Origin: the human T2T-CHM13v2.0 reference genome, Homo sapiens
Length of the DNA stretch: 64,000 nt
NCBI RefSeq assembly: GCF_009914755.1
Contig: NC_060925.1
Direction: 5' to 3' (one strand)
Shown: in pieces, positions 51,958 through 64,000 of the stretch
How the letters are laid out: every line of letters begins with the position of its first letter
Position numbering within the stretch: the stretch's first letter is position 1
Translations under genes and position numbers: made by a program
The notes under the pieces: model-generated
Seen by the model: only the letters and a program-made list of their open reading frames with translations
The model's database searches: none
What the model was told of the DNA's origin: nothing

Positions 51958-53128
51958 TTAGGACTTCTAATTTCTGGTTTGGCACAAAAGGAGCCTAAAA
52001 GTCACCACTCCATCCTAACAACAATTAAAAAGCTGAACACATGGAAAAATCAACCACTCTTCTTAGATATGTCAGAGCAGTGAGGTCACAGGGCAAACTG
52101 CTGCCCCTGTAATTGGAGAGATGCATTGGTAGATACAGAATATCACAATTTACTAGTGTGGAAAAGGTGCAGGGGTAGGAAAACCTAAACTGTAATTGAT
52201 GAATTGCTTAGTATGGTCAACTCTGAGAGTTAAAAAGCCCAGGGGGACCCAATCACAGGAGGCTCCCCACACTATTACCTCCAGGAGCTCTGCCAGATCC
52301 TCACAGGTGCTCATTCTTCTGCTAACGGGAGGGGGAAAGGAACCATTTTGAAACCTGCCTGAACATTCTGTTCTTAACAAGGACAACCCTCAGGAGCAAC
52401 TATTTTACCACAGCCTCATCTGTTGTGGTTTTATCAGCTGACCCTAACCTATCTGAGGGTATTCCAGCCCCCTCTAGCCATCCTGACCACCTAAGGGAAC
52501 TTCACCAAGAGAAGCACTGGTGAAGTTCACAGTCCAAGGGCACAGGCTCACCTATGAAAAGCCCATGACCAAATCATAGGATTATAGAACACCCACCATC
52601 CCCAAATGTTACTACATTACTAAAGGCCTATTTATGGCAGTTCCTTTAGCCAGTACATTCCATCCACCTTTCACAAAAAAGTACAAGGGATACTAAAAAG
52701 CAAAAAATACAATTTGAAAAGTCTGAACAATCATCAGAATCTGAGTCAGTTATGGCAAGAATCCTGGAACTATCAGGCCAGGGATTTTTTTTTAAATTGT
52801 GATTAATATGCTAAGGACTTCAATGGAAAAAGTAGACAATATGCACACACAGATGGATAATGTAAGCAGAGAAATGGAAATTCTAAGGGTCAAAAAGATG
52901 CTAGAAATCAAAAACTCTGTAATAGAGATGAAGAATGCTTTTGATGGGCTCATTAGCAGACCGGACATGGCTGAGGAAAGAATTTCTGAGCTTGAACATA
53001 TGACAAAACAAACTTCCAAAACTGAAAAGCAAAGAGAAAACGTCTAAAAAAATTTTTTTAAAGAACGGAATATCAAATAATTGTCGGCCAACTATAAAAG
53101 GTATAACCTACATGTAATGGGACTATGA

Positions 53129-53409
<281 letters not shown>

Positions 53410-53980
53410 TAGTCTTGAACTCCTGAGCTCAAGCAATTTGCCTGCCTTGGCCTCCCAAAGTGCTAGGATTACAGGTATGAGCCATCATGCCCAGTCAAAT
53501 TTCCCCAAATTAATGTCAGACACCAAACCACAGATCCAGGAAACTCAGAGAACACCAAGCAGGATAAATGCCAAAAAACCCACAAAATGACACCTAGACA
53601 TATTCAAACTATACCTAGACATATTCAAATTTCAGGAAATCAAAAATAAAAAATCTTAAGAGAAGTCAGACAGAAAAAAGCACCTTACCTATAGAGGAGT
53701 AAAGATAAGAATTACACTCAACTTCTCAGAAACCATGCAAGCAAGAAGCAAGTGTAGGAAAATGTGTAGTGTTGAGAGAAAAAAACCCACTAACCTAGAA
53801 TCCTGTACCCTGTGAAGTTGTCCTTCAAAAGTGATGGAGAGGTCAGGCACAGTGGCTCACACCAATAATCCCAGCACTTTGGGAGGCCTAGGTTGAGAAT
53901 CACTGGGCAGCCTGGGCAATGTAGTGCGACCCAATCTCTACAAAATAAAAAATTTAAAAAATTATAGCTGGGTGTGGTGG

Positions 53981-54451
53981 TGAGGTAGGAGAACTCGACT
54001 CCAGAGGCAGGGCTTGGACATCAGACCAAATTGAGGACTAGTTAACACAGGTCCCTGTATGGAAGCAGCTTTCCATAAGACACGCCCACCAGTGTGCCAT
54101 GTCAGTTTACCGTTGTCATAGCAACACCTGGAAGTTACCACCCCTTTCCATGGCAATGACCTGACGACTCAGAAGTTACCATGCTTATCCTAGAAATTTC
54201 TGCATAAACCACCCCTTAATTTGCATATAATTAAAAGTGGGCTAAAAATATGAGTGAAGAACATATTCTGAGCTGCTATTCTGGGCACTGCCCTGCCCTA
54301 CAAGGAGCAGTACTTCTGCTGCTGCTGTACACTGCTACTTCAATAAAACTTGCTGTTTACCGCCATTGGCTCCCATTGAATTCTTTCCTAGGTGAAGCCA
54401 ACAACCCTCCTGGGCTAAACTCCAATTCTGGGGCATGCCTATCCTGCATCA
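53981..54451 (+). mobile_element. ERV1 solo LTR (MER66-like) inserted in an old Alu
   Basis: TG...CA termini, 471 bp; TSD GTGG at 53977-53980 and 54452-54455; AATAAA ~54342; Alu sequence resumes on both sides. Confidence 0.8.
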
Positions 54452-57400
54452 GTGGTGCACACCTGTAGTCCCAGCTACTCAGGAGGTTGAGGTGGGAGCC
54501 CTGAGGCTTGAGCCCTGAAAGTCAAGGCCACAGTGAGCCATGATCACGCCACTGCACTCCAGCCTGGGTGACAGAGCAAGACCCTGTTTCAAAAAAAAGG
54601 TGATGGAGGGCCAGTTGCAGTGGTATGTGCCTGTAGTCCCAGTTACTCAGGAGGCTGAGGTGGGAGAATCATTTGAATCCAGAAATTTAAGGCTAGCCTG
54701 GGCAACAGAGCCAACTTTGTCTCTTAAAAAAAAGAAAGAAAGAAAGAAAGAAAGAAACGTTGGGCGCAGTGGCTCACACCTGTAATCCCAGCACTTTGGA
54801 AGGCCGAGGCGGGCGGATCACGAGATTAGGAGATCAAGACAATCCTGGCTAACACTGTGAAACCCCATCTCTACTAAAAGTACAAAAAATTAGCTGAGCA
54901 GAAGAATTGCTTGAACCCGGGAGGCAGAGGCTGCAGTGAGCCGAGATTGCACTACTGCACTCCAGCCTGGGTGACAGAGTGAGACTCTGTCTCAAAAATG
55001 AATAAATAAGAGTAGGCAGCCAGGTGTGGTGGTTTGCACCTGTAATCCCAGCTACTTGGGAGGCTGAGGCAGGAGGATCGCTTGAGCCCAAGAGTTAGAG
55101 GAGTAGTAGATGAATCCACTATTTTTTTTTTTGAGACGCAATGGCATGATCTCGGCTCACCACAACCTCCGCCTCCCGGGTTCAAGCGATTCTCCTGCCT
55201 CAGCCTCCTGAGTAGCTGGGATTATAGGTGCGCACCACCACGCCTGGCTAATTTTTTTTTTTTTTTTTTTTTTTTTAGTAGAGATAGGGTTTCACCATGT
55301 TGGTCGGGCTGGTCTCGAACTCCTGACCTCATGATCCGCTCGCCTCAGCCTCCCAAAGTGCTGGGATTACAGGCATGAGCCACCATGCCCGACTGAATCC
55401 ACTATTTTAATTGGAGACTTTAACACCTCTCTGTCAGACATGGACAGATCCAGCAGGCAGAAAATCGGTAAGGACATAGTTGAACTCAACAACACTTCAA
55501 TCAACTGGATATGATTGACATCTATAGACTTCTTCATCCAATAACAGCAGGTTACACACTCTTATCAGCTTACATGGAACATTCACCAAGATTAACCACA
55601 TTCTGGGTCATAAAACACACCTCTACAAATTTAAAAGAATAGAAATCACATAATGTGTGCAAATTCAGACCACAATGGAATTAAACTAGAAACATGAACA
55701 GAATGGTACCTGGAAAATCCCCCAAATACTTGGAGATTGAAACAACACACTTTTAAATAACACACGCAAAAAAGAAACTTCAAAAGAATTTTAAAAATAT
55801 TTTGAACTAAATGAAAATGAAATATAATTTATCAAAATTTGAGGGATGCAGTGAAAGCAGTGCTTAGAGGGAGATTTGTGGCATTGTTAGAAAGAATAAA
55901 AATCTAAAATCAATAGTCTAATCTTCCACTTTAGTAAACTAGAAAAAGAAGAGCAAATTAAATCCAAAGTAAGCAAAAGAAAAATAATAAAAATTGGAGC
56001 AGAAATCAGTAAAATTGAAAACAGAAAATCAACAGACAAAATCAATGAAACCAAAATCTAGTACTCAAAAGATCAATAAAATCAACAAACCTCTAACCTG
56101 GCTAACTAAGAAAAAAAGAAAGAAGGCCAGCCATGGTGACTCACGCCTATAACCCCAGCACTTTGGGAGGCTGAAGCGGGTGGATCACTTGAGCCCAGGA
56201 GTTTGAGACCAGCCTAGATAACATGGTGAAACCCCATTTCTACCAAAAATACAAAAAAAATTTAGCCAGACGTGGTGGTGTGCACCTGTAGTCCCAGCTA
56301 CTAGGGAGGCTGAGGTGGGAGAATCACTTGAACCCAGGAAGCAAAGGTTTCAGTGAGCGGAGATCATGCCACTGCACTCCAGCCTAGGTGACAGAGTGAG
56401 ACCCTGTCTCAAAAAAAAAAAAAAAAAAAACCAGAAAGAAAGAAAAAGAAAAGAAAGAAGACACAAATTTCTAATATCAGAAATAAAAGAGGGGACATCA
56501 CTACAGACCCCATGGACATCAAAAGGAGAATAAAGGAACATTATGAACAACTCTATCCCCACAAGTTTGGTAACCTAGATAAAGGGGCCAATTCCTTGAA
56601 AGATATAATCTGCCAAAATTCATACAAGAAGAAACACAGTCTGAATAGGCCTATATTTATTAAAGAAATTGAATCAATAAATAGTAACCTTCAAAACAGA
56701 ATTCATCAGCCCAGATGGTTTCACCAGTGAATTCTACCAAATGTTTAAGGAATAAATTATACGAACTCTCTACAAACTCTTCCAAAAAATTGAAGCAGAG
56801 GAAATACCTCTTAACTCATTCTATGAGGCCAGCATTACCTTAATACCGCTCCCTCATGAACATAGATGCAAAAATTCTCAACAAAATATTAGCAAATTGA
56901 ATCCAACAATGTATAAAAAAGAATTACATGCCATGACCAAGTGGGATTTATCCCAGGTATGAAGGCTGGTTCAATATTAGAAAATCAATTAATTCAATCT
57001 ATCACATCAATGAGCCATACAAGAAAAATCACAGTATCATGTCAATAGATACAGAAAAATCATTTGACAAAATCCAACACACATTCATGATTTTTAAAAA
57101 AGCTCTCAGAAATGGAATAGAAGGCATCACTGCTTTTTAGCATTATACTAGAAGCCCTAGGTATTACAATAAAACAAGAAAATGAAATGAAAGCATACAG
57201 ATTTGGAAGAAAGAAATAAAACCATTTGTTTACAGATGACATGATTGTCTATGTAGAAAAATCCAAAAGAATCATCAGCAACAACAAAAACTCCTAGAAC
57301 TAATTAGCAGTTATAGCAATGTTGTAGAATACAAGATTAATGTACAAAAGTCTATCAGAAATAAGCAAGCAGAATTTGAAAATAAAGATGCATTACTATT

Positions 57401-58110
57401 TACATTAAGTTGTACAAATTAAGTGTATAAATTACATTAAATTGATGTAAGTTGTTTACTCAAAAAAGCCACTTAGGTATAAATCTAACAAAATGTATAC
57501 AAGACTTACATGAAGAAAACTACAAACCTCTGAGGAAAAATATCAAAGAAGTTGGCCAGGCATGATGGCTCACACCTGTAATCCCAGCACTTTGGGAGGC
57601 CAAGGCAGGCGGATCATGAGGTCAGGAGTTCAAGACCAGCCTGACCAACATGGTGAAATCCCCGTCTCTACTAAAATTACAAAAATTAGCCAGGTGTGGT
57701 GGTGCACGCCTGTAATCCCAGCTTCTCGGGAGGCTGAGGCAGGAGAATTTTGCAGAGGCAAAAGACCCGGAATAGCCAACTCAAAATTGAACAAAGAAGA
57801 ATGAAGTCAGAGTACAGACACTACCCAATCTCAAGACTTAACGATCAGCCTACAGTAATCAGGACAGTGTGGTATTTGCAAAAGAATAAACAAATAGATC
57901 TATGGAACAAAATAGAGAGCCTAGAAATAGACCTATATAATACCATCAACTGAATTTGACAAAGGTAACAAAAGCAATACAATGGAGCAAAGACAGTCTT
58001 CTCAACAAATGGTGCTGGAACAACTGGGCCTCTACATGAAGAAAAAAAAGAATCTAGACAGAGACCTTATATACTTCCCAAAAATTAACTCAAAATGGAT
58101 CACAGGCCTA

Positions 58111-63972
<5,862 letters not shown>

Positions 63973-64000
63973 TCAACTCTGGCCCTGGAAAGAGAAGAAA

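Overview
Primate (very probably human, 1p36.11) genomic DNA, extremely Alu-rich (about 70 Alu copies or fragments by eye). It holds one complete protein-coding gene, PDIK1L (Ser/Thr kinase, STK35 paralogue), on the + strand. The gene has a CpG-island promoter (~32.2-33.9 kb), two candidate non-coding first exons (donors after 32853 and 33348), coding exons 35742-36026 and 43269-44009 (341 aa), and a ~3 kb 3'UTR ending near AATAAA 46948. The flanks are mosaics of Alu, L1, MIR/L2, MaLR and ERV1 solo LTRs, with scattered candidate enhancer and CTCF motifs. From memory, not from this sequence, the muscle gene TRIM63 lies just upstream. Nearly all other ORF-track entries are Alu, L1 or GC-rich artefacts. 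I see no wholly new gene system. The best leads are: (1) a dense uORF/splice architecture at the PDIK1L start, with an in-frame strong-Kozak uORF blocked by one TGA, uORFs from both first exons converging on one stop 2 nt before the main ATG, and a perfect donor overlapping the start codon; (2) an unidentified L1-retroposed mRNA fragment inside an LTR; (3) a ~250 bp local duplication; (4) two different LTRs inserted head-to-head 9 bp apart. Repeat family names are from recall and repeat boundaries are approximate.
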